From NCBI GenBank assembly GCA_050010755.1, contig JBEKKK010000001.1, positions 672,001-736,000 of the forward strand: 64,000 nucleotides of DNA, read 5' to 3'. Positions 9,836 through 20,087 of this stretch are shown in pieces (the stretch's first letter is position 1; the number at the start of each line of letters is the position of its first letter). The notes beneath the pieces were generated by a model. It did no database searches and had not been told where the DNA came from. It worked only from the letters and a program-made list of their open reading frames with translations. A program made the position numbers and the translations under genes. The stretch comes from Candidatus Bathyarchaeia archaeon. GTDB taxonomy: Archaea > Thermoproteota > Bathyarchaeia > Bathyarchaeales > Bathycorpusculaceae.

Positions 9836-10813
9836 ATGAACATGCGAGAAATAAATTATGTTGATGCACTTCATGAGGCCATACGCGAAGAAATGTTGCG
9901 GGACGAAACAGTGTTTGTCCTTGGCGAAGACATAGCCGTGCACGGCGGCGACTTCGGAGTCACGAAGGGGCTTCTGGAAGAATTTGGAGAAAACCGGGTT
10001 AGAGACACTCCAATCTCTGAAACAGCAATAATCGGCCTCTCACTGGGTGCGGCTTCCGCTGGAATGAGACCCATTGCGGAGATAATGTTTTCCGACTTTC
10101 TCGGCGTTTGCATGGACCAGATACTCAATCAAGTGGCAAAAATGCGCTACATGTCCGGCGGACAGGTGAAAACGCCGATAGTCATAAGAACAGCTTTCGG
10201 TGCAGGAATAAGCGCAGGTCCACAACACTCGCAGAGTCCTGAGGCATTTTTTGTGCACATTCCTGGGCTCCAAGTCGTCATACCGTCAAACCCGTACGAT
10301 GCGAAAGGACTGCTTAAAACCGCAATCAGGAGCGACAATCCTGTCGTCTTTTTTGAACACAAGCTGCTCTACAGCATTAAAGGCCCAGTGCCTGAAGCCG
10401 AGTACTGCATTCCATTTGGAAAAGCGGAAACCAAAAGAGAAGGCAAGGACGTCACGATTCTGGCCACTGGACTAATGGTAAACAAGGCCTTAGCGGCATC
10501 TCAGAAGCTTGAAAGAGAAGGAATCAGCGCGGAAGTAATCGACCCTAGAACCCTGGAACCTTTTGACAAGGACGCCCTCATGAATTCAGTCAAGAAGACG
10601 GGAAGGTTCGTCGTGGTTCACGAAGCTTGGAGGAGATGCGGTGTAGGCGCCGAATTCGCAGCGATGGTGGCCGAAGAGCTCATGGACTATCTGGATGCCC
10701 CCGTCAAGAGAGTCTGCGGGATGAGCGTTCCGGCTCCATTCAGTCCAGCGTTGGAAAAATACGTGATACCGAACGAGAACGACATTGTTAAGGCAGTTCA
10801 AGAAATCGTTTAA
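9836..10813 (+). CDS. 2-oxoacid/acetoin dehydrogenase E1 beta subunit
   Basis: GEDI, DTPISE, EIMFSDF, QHSQS and DPRTL motifs. Confidence 0.93.
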   Translation: MNMREINYVDALHEAIREEMLRDETVFVLGEDIAVHGGDFGVTKGLLEEFGENRVRDTPISETAIIGLSLGAASAGMRPIAEIMFSDFLGVCMDQILNQVAKMRYMSGGQVKTPIVIRTAFGAGISAGPQHSQSPEAFFVHIPGLQVVIPSNPYDAKGLLKTAIRSDNPVVFFEHKLLYSIKGPVPEAEYCIPFGKAETKREGKDVTILATGLMVNKALAASQKLEREGISAEVIDPRTLEPFDKDALMNSVKKTGRFVVVHEAWRRCGVGAEFAAMVAEELMDYLDAPVKRVCGMSVPAPFSPALEKYVIPNENDIVKAVQEIV

Positions 10814-10854
10814 TAAATGAAAGGCTGATCATCAAAAATTGGAGGAGGAAGAAA

Positions 10855-12069
10855 TTGGCAACCAAGGTGATTATGACTAAGCTCGGTCTAACCATGAAAG
10901 ACGGGACCGTCGTTAACTGGCTCAAAGAGGAAGGAGAACCGGTGCAGAAGGGTGAACCTCTTGTTGAGGTGGAAACTGAGAAAATATCCACCGAATTGGA
11001 AGCCCCAGCATCCGGCGTCCTTCTGAAGATCACAGCCAAAAAGGGTACGATCGTCCCAGTATCGGGACTGTTGGGAATAATCGGGGAGCCTAACGAAGAC
11101 GTTTCGTCGATTGAGAACACTGAAGCCGAGCCAGAAATCTCCGCTGCGGCGCCAGAAACAGAGAAAATTTTGAAACAAAGCGAGGTTGAGGTTTCTCCAG
11201 AGAAGGTGAGGATCTCGCCGTTGGCAAGAAAGATTGCTGACGAGCATAAAATTGACTTAACAAAAATCACGGGAACAGGCCCTGATGGCAGAATAGTCAA
11301 AGAAGACGTTCTGAAGGCCCTTGGAAACACAGAAACTGTTGGCCAACCAACAGCTTCACTATCAAAGGAGGGGGTTGAGGTGGCTGAAGTCATTCCGCTG
11401 GTCAGTATGAGAAAGACCATAGCGGAAAGATTGTTTCAAAGCTACAGTTCAGCTGTACACACCACGGTGATAGCCGAAATTGACATGACTGAAGCCTCAA
11501 AATTCCGCCAAGAACTCACAGCCAAAGTCAAAGAAGAAACAGGGATCTCTCTGACTTACACGAGTATTATAGTTAAGGCAGCAGCCTTGGCTCTGAGAGA
11601 ACACAAGATGGTGAATTCAACGTTGGAAGATCAAGAAATCAAGATTCTCAAGAACATCAACGTGGGAGTCGCTGTCGACATTGAAGAAGGATTGATAGTC
11701 CCCGTAATTCGTGACGCGGACCGAAAGTCGCTCTCTGAAATTGCACTGCTCTTGTCGAAGTTGGGTGAAAAAGCGAGAAATCGAACTCTTTCTATGGAAG
11801 AAGTGGCCGGAGGTACCTTCACCGTCACGAACCTGGGCATGCTAGGGGTGCACACTTTTATTCCGATAATAAACCCGCCTCAAGCGGCGATTCTGGGAGT
11901 GGGGGCTATCGAAGATAGGCCAGTGATTGTCGAAGGAAACATTGTGGCGAGATCGAGACTCAACCTGAGCCTCGTGTACGATCACAGAATTATAAACGGA
12001 GCAGGGGCAGCCCGGTTCTTGCAGACGATGAAACGAATTCTAGAAGCGCCATCGACGTTGAATGGTTGA
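10855..12069 (+). CDS. Dihydrolipoamide acyltransferase E2
   Basis: Lipoyl domain (VETEKI), PSBD (ISPLARKIA...GTGPDGRI) and catalytic DHRIING. Confidence 0.93.
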   Translation: MATKVIMTKLGLTMKDGTVVNWLKEEGEPVQKGEPLVEVETEKISTELEAPASGVLLKITAKKGTIVPVSGLLGIIGEPNEDVSSIENTEAEPEISAAAPETEKILKQSEVEVSPEKVRISPLARKIADEHKIDLTKITGTGPDGRIVKEDVLKALGNTETVGQPTASLSKEGVEVAEVIPLVSMRKTIAERLFQSYSSAVHTTVIAEIDMTEASKFRQELTAKVKEETGISLTYTSIIVKAAALALREHKMVNSTLEDQEIKILKNINVGVAVDIEEGLIVPVIRDADRKSLSEIALLLSKLGEKARNRTLSMEEVAGGTFTVTNLGMLGVHTFIPIINPPQAAILGVGAIEDRPVIVEGNIVARSRLNLSLVYDHRIINGAGAARFLQTMKRILEAPSTLNG

Positions 12070-12865
12070 GACAGTTCCAAAGCTGCTGACTCCAATGAAG
12101 AACGTAGAGACTTGGCGACTGCTCGATCTAGAATATTCAAACCCGTACATGAACTTGGCTCTGGAAGAAGCCATTCCGTGCAATGTGGGAAAGGGCACGT
12201 CTCCGAACTCTATACGTTTCTGGAGAAACTCGAATGCCGTCGTCATAGGCAACTTCCAGTCAGCAAAGAGAGAAGTCAACCTTGACTGGTGCAATAAGCA
12301 CCGAATTGCCGTTGGGAGGAGGTTTACGGGAGGAGGAGCCGTTTATCACGACCTTGGAAACCTGAACTGTTCAATCTCCGTACGCAGAGATCATCCATTG
12401 ATACAGACTGATCTCGAAGGTACCTTTGTTGAGCTCTCACATGGGGTGATCGAAGGCCTAAAACTGCTCGGTGCACCGGTGAGGTTTGAGCCTCCAAGCA
12501 GTATTCAAGTGAACGGGCGGAAGATTTCGGGAGGAGCCGGGGCTTTGAAAGGAGGGTTCGTTTTTCATCATTGTTCCATCCTGATCAGCTCGGACTTGAA
12601 AATGCTTTCAGAGGTCTTGAATTCAAGCGAAAATTCAGTCGGCGAGCCCTGTGTGCGCAGCGCAAAGAAAACTGTTTCAAACCTTTCGATTGAGCTCGAT
12701 AGAGAACTGACCATAACAGAGGTTAAGGATTCACTCATAATAGGCTTTGAAAAGGCCTTCGCGATTGAACTTGCAAAAGGCGAGACCACTACAGAAGAGA
12801 GGGTGCTTGCCGAGAAGTTATACAGCGAAAAATATTCAAAGGAAGAATGGAACTTCAAACGTTAG
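12062..12865 (+). CDS. lplA: Lipoate-protein ligase, catalytic domain only
   Basis: NLALEEA, RRFTGGGAVYHD and GRKISG motifs. It ends at WNFKR without the C-terminal domain. Confidence 0.88.
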   Translation: MVETVPKLLTPMKNVETWRLLDLEYSNPYMNLALEEAIPCNVGKGTSPNSIRFWRNSNAVVIGNFQSAKREVNLDWCNKHRIAVGRRFTGGGAVYHDLGNLNCSISVRRDHPLIQTDLEGTFVELSHGVIEGLKLLGAPVRFEPPSSIQVNGRKISGGAGALKGGFVFHHCSILISSDLKMLSEVLNSSENSVGEPCVRSAKKTVSNLSIELDRELTITEVKDSLIIGFEKAFAIELAKGETTTEERVLAEKLYSEKYSKEEWNFKR

Positions 12866-12940
12866 GCCTGTTTCACTCCTCAGCAAATCGTATAAGCTAA
12901 AGCTCATTCTGTCTAGCCTCTAAACAGAGTATTTGATCTG

Positions 12941-13948
12941 GTGAAGGTGGCCACGATGAAAAAACTTACCTCTGAAGAGACGAAGAGAGCTTCGGAGCTG
13001 CACAAAGAAGCAGTCATAGTTGATTCCCTGAACGCTTCGGTCATGTCGGACGAGTATTTCAGGAAACTTCAAAAAGGCGGCGTCACAGCCACAAACTATA
13101 CCATTGCTATGATGCACAACATGTCAGAGACAGTCAAAAGGATTCTCGACATGCAAGACATGATCGCTACAGAGAACAATACCGTTGTTCTGGGAACCAC
13201 AGCTGAAGACATAGTTAAGGCGAAGCGGGAAGGAAAAACTGCCATTCTTCTAGGCTTCCAGAATATTCAGCCCCTTGAGAATGACCTGAGACTGCTAAAG
13301 CTGTATCACTTTTTGGGAGTGCGAATAATCCAGTTGAGTTACCACTTCAGGAACGCAGCGGCTGACGGTGGCGGAGAACGAATAGACTCCGGACTTAGCC
13401 TTTTCGGAATCTCACTTATAGACGAGATGAACCGCTTGGGAATGGTTGTAGATCTTGCACATGTTGGGAGGCAGAGCGTCTTGGAGGCGGTGGAAACTTC
13501 GGAAGATCCTGTGATAGCTTCTCATTCTAACCCTCGGGCACTCGTGGATGCATTTCAAAACAAAACGGACGAAGAGATCAAAGCAATGGCTGAAAATGGC
13601 GGCGTCATAGGCGTGACGGCATTCCCGAGGCTCCTCGGTAAAGATCCGGACAAAATCAGTCTGGACAACTTGCTTGACTGCATTGACTATGTGGTTGAAC
13701 TCGTTGGGGCTGACCACGTTGGTATAGGGTTGGACTTCGCCGAAGGATGGGCAGAGTATCCGCCATCGAGAATGAGTCTTATGAAGATAGATGGAAGAAT
13801 CTATATCTATCCTCGAGAAATTGACACTGTAACCAAATTTCCGAATATCACAGTAGGCCTGATTGGAAGAGGGTACTCAGACGCGGAAACGAAGAAAATT
13901 CTGGGCGAGAATTTTTTGAGAGTGTTCGAGAAGGTTTTTGGGAAATAG
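12941..13948 (+). CDS. Membrane (renal) dipeptidase family M19 protein
   Basis: MNRLGMVVDLAH, SHSN, GGVIG, DHVGIGLDF and KILGENFLRV motifs. Confidence 0.88.
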   Translation: MKVATMKKLTSEETKRASELHKEAVIVDSLNASVMSDEYFRKLQKGGVTATNYTIAMMHNMSETVKRILDMQDMIATENNTVVLGTTAEDIVKAKREGKTAILLGFQNIQPLENDLRLLKLYHFLGVRIIQLSYHFRNAAADGGGERIDSGLSLFGISLIDEMNRLGMVVDLAHVGRQSVLEAVETSEDPVIASHSNPRALVDAFQNKTDEEIKAMAENGGVIGVTAFPRLLGKDPDKISLDNLLDCIDYVVELVGADHVGIGLDFAEGWAEYPPSRMSLMKIDGRIYIYPREIDTVTKFPNITVGLIGRGYSDAETKKILGENFLRVFEKVFGK

Positions 13949-14010
13949 AACTCGAGAATGAAGCCGCAAGTCTTGCTTGAGTCTCAACTGTTTGTGTCCA
14001 AATAGTTGGT

Positions 14011-14889
14011 TTATGTCTTGACCCCGATCCCTGCGGCTATTCCTTTCTTAATCCTTTCGGAGAAGAGCAGGTAAAGTACGAACAGCGGTATGGTGGAGAT
14101 TATTATTCCGGCTGACATTGCTCCGTATTGACGGTTGAAACCGTTCCAGAAATTGTTGTAGAGTGTGAGCTGCAGAGTGTTCGAGCTTGCCGTGTTGATG
14201 AGCACTAGCGGGTAGAGGAAGTCGTTCCAGACGAAAATGGCTTCCAAGATCATTCCTATAAGAACTGTTGGCATGGCGAGCGGAAGTGCTACCCTCCAGT
14301 ATGTTTGGAATGTTGATAGTCCGTCCACTTTTGCGGCATCTTCCAAAGACGAAGGAATGGATAAGAAACCGAGCCTTGATATGAAGACTGAGTAAGGCAG
14401 ACCTGAAGAAACATAGACCAGTATCAAACCCAGTAAGGAGTTTGTCAGGCTCAAGCCTCGGAGTAGAATCAGCAAAGGAATCAGTGAAACCTGAGGCGCT
14501 ATGTACATTCCAGCAATCAAAAGATACAACCACGTACTCTTGCCTCTGTACTCTGCTTGGGCCAGTGCGTATGCAGCCATCGGCGAAACGACAAACAATA
14601 TAACGATTGTTAGAGTCGTAACTATTACGCTATTCATGAATGCATTTCCCACACTCGTTGACCCACCGCTGCCTCCTGTGGTCCATGCGTAGATGTAGTT
14701 CTGCCATTGGGGACTGCTTGGTAAACCCCAGATGTTTGAAGTCAAAGCTTGATTTGTCTTGAGAGACGCGAGGATGGTCCATATAAAAGGGTATACTGCA
14801 GCGATTGACCATAGAATCAAGATTGCGAAGCCGACGGTTCTCGTGAACCTGCTTCTGAGCCAATTCCATGGACTGTACTCTGAAGTCAT
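14011..14889 (-). CDS. Carbohydrate ABC transporter permease (MalG-like)
   Basis: Multiple TM segments, EDAAKVDG (EAA motif), WNDFLYP. Confidence 0.92.
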   Translation of the reverse strand: MTSEYSPWNWLRSRFTRTVGFAILILWSIAAVYPFIWTILASLKTNQALTSNIWGLPSSPQWQNYIYAWTTGGSGGSTSVGNAFMNSVIVTTLTIVILFVVSPMAAYALAQAEYRGKSTWLYLLIAGMYIAPQVSLIPLLILLRGLSLTNSLLGLILVYVSSGLPYSVFISRLGFLSIPSSLEDAAKVDGLSTFQTYWRVALPLAMPTVLIGMILEAIFVWNDFLYPLVLINTASSNTLQLTLYNNFWNGFNRQYGAMSAGIIISTIPLFVLYLLFSERIKKGIAAGIGVKT

Positions 14890-15827
14890 TTCTCACTCCT
14901 CCCGCGAAAGAGTCTGAATTGAACGACAATTAGCACGATGCCTATCATGAGCATGAAAAAAGCAACGGCCGCAGGTTGTCCTCCTTCGTAGTATTTGAGA
15001 TAGCGGTACAGATAAAGTGAGATAACATCATCTGAAATATGTGGTCCCTCACCAGTCAACGTATAGACCAGATCAAATATCTTGAAGGAGGAAGAGAGAA
15101 CCAGAACAAGCGCTAAGGCTATTGTCTCCTTCATCATTGGCCATATTACCCGTGTGATCTTCTTCAGGTCAGAGAGTCCATCAATTTTCATCGAATCGTA
15201 GATTGATGGAGGAATTGTTCGAAGGCCTGCAGAGTAAATGATGGCGTACAGCCCTATGCCTTGCCAATTTGCCGCAAGGAGAACGGAGAGGAGCATTGTA
15301 TTCGGATTTGAGGTCAATGAAACCGGTATAGTTGGTAACCCCACGAACCTGAGCGCACCGTTTATGCGGAGGTAATTTATCATAGAATCCAGCAGGCCGA
15401 AAGATGGACTGTAGATCCACGTCCACATTAACCCCACTGAAACAAACGATAGAACAATGGGAATAAGAGCCACAGACAGGAAAACATCTCCCACTTTCCC
15501 GTATTTTCGTGCAAGCCAGGCGAGACCGAATCCAATCAGAAATTGTGCCACAGAATTTGCTGCCATAATTATCAGAGTATTTTCTAGTGCGTGCTGAAAC
15601 AGGGGATCTAACGCTACGAAAATGTAGTTTTGGAGACCGACGTAGGACGTGTGAGGAGTGAAGAATATGAAATAGTTCAAGGGGACCCTTATATCGTATT
15701 TGTAGAGTCCCATCGTCAACCCGTTGATTACGGGATAAACAAAAAAAAGGAGATAGAGAACCAGTGTTGGCGCCAATAACGCGTAAAGGACTAATGTTTT
15801 TCTCGTTTCCGCTTTTACCATTTTCAT
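14886..15827 (-). CDS. Carbohydrate ABC transporter permease (MalF-like)
   Basis: YVGLQNY, IYDSMKIDG and FKIFDLVYTLTGEGP motifs. Confidence 0.92.
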   Translation of the reverse strand: MKMVKAETRKTLVLYALLAPTLVLYLLFFVYPVINGLTMGLYKYDIRVPLNYFIFFTPHTSYVGLQNYIFVALDPLFQHALENTLIIMAANSVAQFLIGFGLAWLARKYGKVGDVFLSVALIPIVLSFVSVGLMWTWIYSPSFGLLDSMINYLRINGALRFVGLPTIPVSLTSNPNTMLLSVLLAANWQGIGLYAIIYSAGLRTIPPSIYDSMKIDGLSDLKKITRVIWPMMKETIALALVLVLSSSFKIFDLVYTLTGEGPHISDDVISLYLYRYLKYYEGGQPAAVAFFMLMIGIVLIVVQFRLFRGRSEK

Positions 15828-15844
15828 CTATGCCTTACGCATTT

Positions 15845-17179
15845 CTAGGTGACTGGTCCGATTATGTCTGTTGCTGTTGCCTCGATAGTTGTTGCAGCCG
15901 CTGAAGGTGTTGTTTGGCCTGTGAACACTAGCAGATTTTGGGTGTCAAGTTCGTAAGACAACGCGTCGGGAGCTAAGGTTCCTGGTCTAGTGAGCAACGG
16001 TTTCCCACTCGCTTCCGCAGCCGATATTGCATTCTCGATTGCTTGCAGTGTTGGCGGATAAGCCGCAGGATAGCTTGAGGACAGGACTTGAGCTACCGGG
16101 TTCTCTGTCAAATTCACGTACTCAGACAGCCATAACGGTTGCGATATAAAGCTCAGGAACTGCTCAGCTTGGGCAAAGTGTTTAGTTGCGTTTGCTATTG
16201 CAAAGCTTGTGTACTCTCCAAAGATGTATCCGTTCGCTGAGGGGTTACTTGCGTAGTAAGGCCATGGTACCGCGCCTAGCTGGAACTGTGAATCATCGGT
16301 AACCATTCCAACGCCCCATGTTCCCTGAATCCACATTGCGGCCGATCCGTTCTGGAACAGTGGGGCCGCATCTGCGTAATAATCTGCTGATTGCCAGCCT
16401 GGTTGGAAGTCGTTGCCGGCTACCCATTGCGCTATGTTAGTGTCGGTAGCGTTATATATTGTAGTGAAATTGGTCTCGCGGGCAAGAGCATTTGCAAATG
16501 CATCGGGTCCATTGGTGCGTTCAAGTATGTATTCTTCTGGAAAGGTCAAGGCCCAAGTGTTTGCACCACTCATCGCGACTGGAACAATACCGTTTGCTTT
16601 GAAAACGTTGCTGTCGGCTTGGAATTGATCCCATGTCCAGCCCGTGGTCATGTCGGGTATGGTTAAGTTGTACTTGTTGAAGAGCGCTTGGTTTATGAAC
16701 AGCCAATCGCTGTCGAGCTCATATGGAATTGCGTACTGAGCACCGTTCACGGTCTCCGTGGTCTTGGCAGCAGCAGGGATTTGGTTTTGGGCCCATGTTT
16801 GGCTGTACAGATTTGATATGTCGGCTACCGAGTTGTCAACAACGTATGTGGTTGCATCGGCACCGCCGTACGTCACGAAAAAGTCGGGCGGAGCGCCGCT
16901 TCCGAGTGCCGTTGCTAATTTTGTGAAGTAATTGTCACCTGAATACTCTGAAACCTGAACAGTAATATTGTACTGGTTATAGAATGCCTGAGTCGCATTG
17001 CCCCAGAATTCGTCTTCCCCGGACTCTCCCGCAAACGGAAGCCAGAAAGTGAGTGTTACATTACTACTCTTGCTTGTGCTCGAGCCGTGATTTTCGTAGA
17101 CATACCAGCCGGAAACTGCCGCAACCACTATAATGACGATGGCAACAATTGCATAGATATATTTTCTTTGCATTTTCAA
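15845..17179 (-). CDS. Carbohydrate ABC transporter substrate-binding protein, membrane-anchored
   Basis: N-terminal TM anchor, PPDFF, NGAQYAIP, NQALF, WTWDQF and FQNGSAAMWIQGTW. Confidence 0.88.
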   Translation of the reverse strand: MKMQRKYIYAIVAIVIIVVAAVSGWYVYENHGSSTSKSSNVTLTFWLPFAGESGEDEFWGNATQAFYNQYNITVQVSEYSGDNYFTKLATALGSGAPPDFFVTYGGADATTYVVDNSVADISNLYSQTWAQNQIPAAAKTTETVNGAQYAIPYELDSDWLFINQALFNKYNLTIPDMTTGWTWDQFQADSNVFKANGIVPVAMSGANTWALTFPEEYILERTNGPDAFANALARETNFTTIYNATDTNIAQWVAGNDFQPGWQSADYYADAAPLFQNGSAAMWIQGTWGVGMVTDDSQFQLGAVPWPYYASNPSANGYIFGEYTSFAIANATKHFAQAEQFLSFISQPLWLSEYVNLTENPVAQVLSSSYPAAYPPTLQAIENAISAAEASGKPLLTRPGTLAPDALSYELDTQNLLVFTGQTTPSAAATTIEATATDIIGPVT

Positions 17180-17286
17180 TACTTCTCCTTTTATCTTCCT
17201 CCTAGAGCGGGGGTAAGAGAGGTATCATGATATATTCTTTGCTATTCTCCTATCACCCTAAATGCATCTGTCAAACCGCAGGAAGG

Positions 17287-18633
17287 TTAATTCCCAAACT
17301 CGAAACGTTCTTTAACTTTCTCTTCTGCTTTCTCAATGACGTTCTTTTCGTTCACTGTTCGGACAGTGTCTGCTTGCACCACAATTCTGCCGTCCACGAT
17401 GACTGTTTCAACATCTCCTCCGTTGGCGCAGTAAACCAAGGTGCCGACTACATTGTTCAGCGGCCTCAGATGAGTCTTCTCCAAATTCACCAAGACCACA
17501 TCCGCCTTCTTACCCACCTCCAACGATCCTATCTGATCTTCAAGCCCAATTGCCCTAGCTCCTTCAATGGTCGCCATTTTTAACACGTCATTGGAAGAAA
17601 TGACTGAAGCGTCCATACTCGAAACTTTATGCAGAAAAGCCGCCGCTCTCATAGCTTCAAACATGTCCAAATTATCATTGCTCGCACACCCATCAGTGCC
17701 CAATGAAACAGTGATGCCTTTTCCAAGCATTTCCGGAATTGGAGCGATTCCTGATGCCAGTTTCATGTTGCTCTCAGGATTGTGTGAGACACTGGTGCTG
17801 GTTTTTTTCAATAAGTTAATCTCTCGATTGGAAACCCAGACGCAGTGGACCGCAGAAACATCGTTTCCTAAAAAGCCCAAGCTGTAAAGATATTCCACGG
17901 GCCGTTTACCAGTTTCTTTGGTGACCAGATCACGTTCGTATTTGGTCTCTGAAACATGTATTTGAATGTGCATTCTGTTCTCGTCTGCCAGCCCTCTTAT
18001 GTCCTGCAACAGTTCTTTTGAGCAGATAAAGGGTGTCGAGGGACCGTACATGCACAGTATTCGGCCATTCTCGGCCCCGTGCCATCGACTGGCAATTTGA
18101 TTGAACATCTGCATCATCTGATCTTTGGGAAGCAAAACTTCCGGGGGAACCCACTGGTCCGCCAAGCTCATCGCGTATACTCCGCGAATGCCCGTCTGTT
18201 TAAATGCTTCCGGCACTTTGGGGTTACGCAAGTTCATATCAACGATGCAGGTAGTTCCAGACCGCAAGGCTTCGATGCATCCGAGCATTGCTGCATAATA
18301 ACCGATTTCAAAATTTCCCTTCAATGAGCTCTGGAATTCCTCCTTGATTAAGGGCATTGTCACGTCGTACACCCAGTTTACCAGCGGAAGGTCGTCTCTC
18401 ATTCCCTTGAGCAGGTTCTGGTATAGGTGGGTGTGAGTGTTTACGAAGCCAGGCATGGCAGCTCTTCCCTTGGCATCTATCACGACTTCTGGAGAATACT
18501 GCTTCGTGACTTCCCTGCTATTGCCCACCGCAACAATTTTGTCGTCTTCTATCGCCACGGCGCCATCTTTGAGAATAGTATTTTGTTCGTCCATCGTCAC
18601 GATGATTGCGTTCTTGATTAGTAAGCTAGCCAT
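17287..18633 (-). CDS. Amidohydrolase, MTA/SAH deaminase-like
   Basis: PGFVNTHTH, IHVSE, VHCVW, HNPESNMKLASG and LGTDG motifs. Confidence 0.9.
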   Translation of the reverse strand: MASLLIKNAIIVTMDEQNTILKDGAVAIEDDKIVAVGNSREVTKQYSPEVVIDAKGRAAMPGFVNTHTHLYQNLLKGMRDDLPLVNWVYDVTMPLIKEEFQSSLKGNFEIGYYAAMLGCIEALRSGTTCIVDMNLRNPKVPEAFKQTGIRGVYAMSLADQWVPPEVLLPKDQMMQMFNQIASRWHGAENGRILCMYGPSTPFICSKELLQDIRGLADENRMHIQIHVSETKYERDLVTKETGKRPVEYLYSLGFLGNDVSAVHCVWVSNREINLLKKTSTSVSHNPESNMKLASGIAPIPEMLGKGITVSLGTDGCASNDNLDMFEAMRAAAFLHKVSSMDASVISSNDVLKMATIEGARAIGLEDQIGSLEVGKKADVVLVNLEKTHLRPLNNVVGTLVYCANGGDVETVIVDGRIVVQADTVRTVNEKNVIEKAEEKVKERFEFGN

Positions 18634-18814
18634 GTCATTCCTTCTGCCATCTTGAAAGAGGATGTTCGTTTGACATATCTTTTATTCTTTGCGCACCAGT
18701 CAAGCTGACCGTAGATGTGTAGCATTCGCCAAATTTAATGCTATGGAACGGGGAATAAGTTTTTAAAACAAAACCACATGATTAGTCGTCTTCAATATCA
18801 CGGAGATTCGAAAA

Positions 18815-19873
18815 ATGAGTTTTATGGAAAAGATGTTGAGGCGCTGGGAGAAAATAAGCATCAACCAACGCTGTCTCGAAATTATCAAAGAAATGATGAA
18901 GGAGAGCGACCGTCTAAACATTGGCGTGGAAGAGCTTAAGAACGGCACAACAATTATCGATTGTGGCGCAAAAGTTTCTGGCGGTTATAGAGCTGGAGAA
19001 CTGACCACACAAATAGCTTTCGGAGGATGCGGAGAAGCACACGTAAACGCCGTAACCTATGAGGACACGACGCTTCCAGTTTTGTTTCACTACACGGATA
19101 TTCCACCGTTCATAGCAGTCTCGATGTACGTGTGGGTCGGAGTGATTCCTCCTCCCCACGTTGGCAACAAAGGATTCACAGCTTGGATATCGGGTCCAGC
19201 AAAGGCCTTGGCTCAAGAACCCGCCAAGATATTTGAAAAATGGGCCTACAAAGACCCCCACCCCGACGCCGCTGTTCTCTTGGTTCAGACACGCTCACGG
19301 ACCGACGGGCTTCCGGACGAAAAATTCGCAAAAATTATCGCAGACAAGTGCAAGATAGGCCCTGAGAAGCTGTACTTGGTCCTGATTCCGACAGATAGCA
19401 TAACTGGGACGGTTCAAACCTCATCACGCGGAGTGGAAGACATATTCTGGCGGCTAACAGAATACTACAAGATTCCTTATACACGAATCGAAAATGTTAT
19501 GGGAACAACACCTGTTTCTCCGGTTTCGCCTCCCGCGTTGACTCAGCCTGGCAGCTGGCCTGATGATATGATAAGATACGGAGGTACTGTTCACTGCTGG
19601 GTCCGGTCCAACGAAGGAGAGGATCTTGACAGGATGGTGAAGGAATCAGTCATCGAGAATTATCCGAAAACCTACGGCACATCATTCTACCAGATGGCAG
19701 TTAAGGAACAGAAATACATAGACCCCACACTCGATCTGCACAAACTGGCAAAAGAAGGATTAGGGTTCATAGTCGGAGAAGTCTCACTGAGCGACACGCG
19801 AACAGGAATAGTTCACAAAGCGGGAAAAGTGCACTTGGACATGATAAAGAGGATCATGCAAAACCCATGGTGA
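18815..19873 (+). CDS. Divergent methenyl-H4MPT cyclohydrolase (Mch)-like protein
   Basis: ISIN..., NGTTIIDCG...GGYRAG, SGPAKALA, PTDSITGTVQTSSRGVE and DMIRYGG align with Mch. Other Mch motifs are missing. Confidence 0.75.
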   Translation: MSFMEKMLRRWEKISINQRCLEIIKEMMKESDRLNIGVEELKNGTTIIDCGAKVSGGYRAGELTTQIAFGGCGEAHVNAVTYEDTTLPVLFHYTDIPPFIAVSMYVWVGVIPPPHVGNKGFTAWISGPAKALAQEPAKIFEKWAYKDPHPDAAVLLVQTRSRTDGLPDEKFAKIIADKCKIGPEKLYLVLIPTDSITGTVQTSSRGVEDIFWRLTEYYKIPYTRIENVMGTTPVSPVSPPALTQPGSWPDDMIRYGGTVHCWVRSNEGEDLDRMVKESVIENYPKTYGTSFYQMAVKEQKYIDPTLDLHKLAKEGLGFIVGEVSLSDTRTGIVHKAGKVHLDMIKRIMQNPW

Positions 19874-20087
19874 ACGAAAGAACAACAAAGGCTACTAGCG
19901 AGCTTCGGGGTCCGGTTCGTAGTTCTCTGAGAATGAACCTAGGTGAAACTGAAAACAATTCGTCAAGCGCAGCAAGAATATATCAAACTCTTCGCCAAGG
20001 AGGGTTCAAGGCACAATGACGCCCTTTCAGCAAGCCTTAAGAAATGGCAGGTTTTCTTGGTCAGATAAATACAACGTGTGAAAGCAT

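Noticed and set aside
11975-12003. E2 motif DHRIING instead of DHRxxDG
   Set aside because: The Asn variant is known in active E2 enzymes such as Azotobacter E2p.
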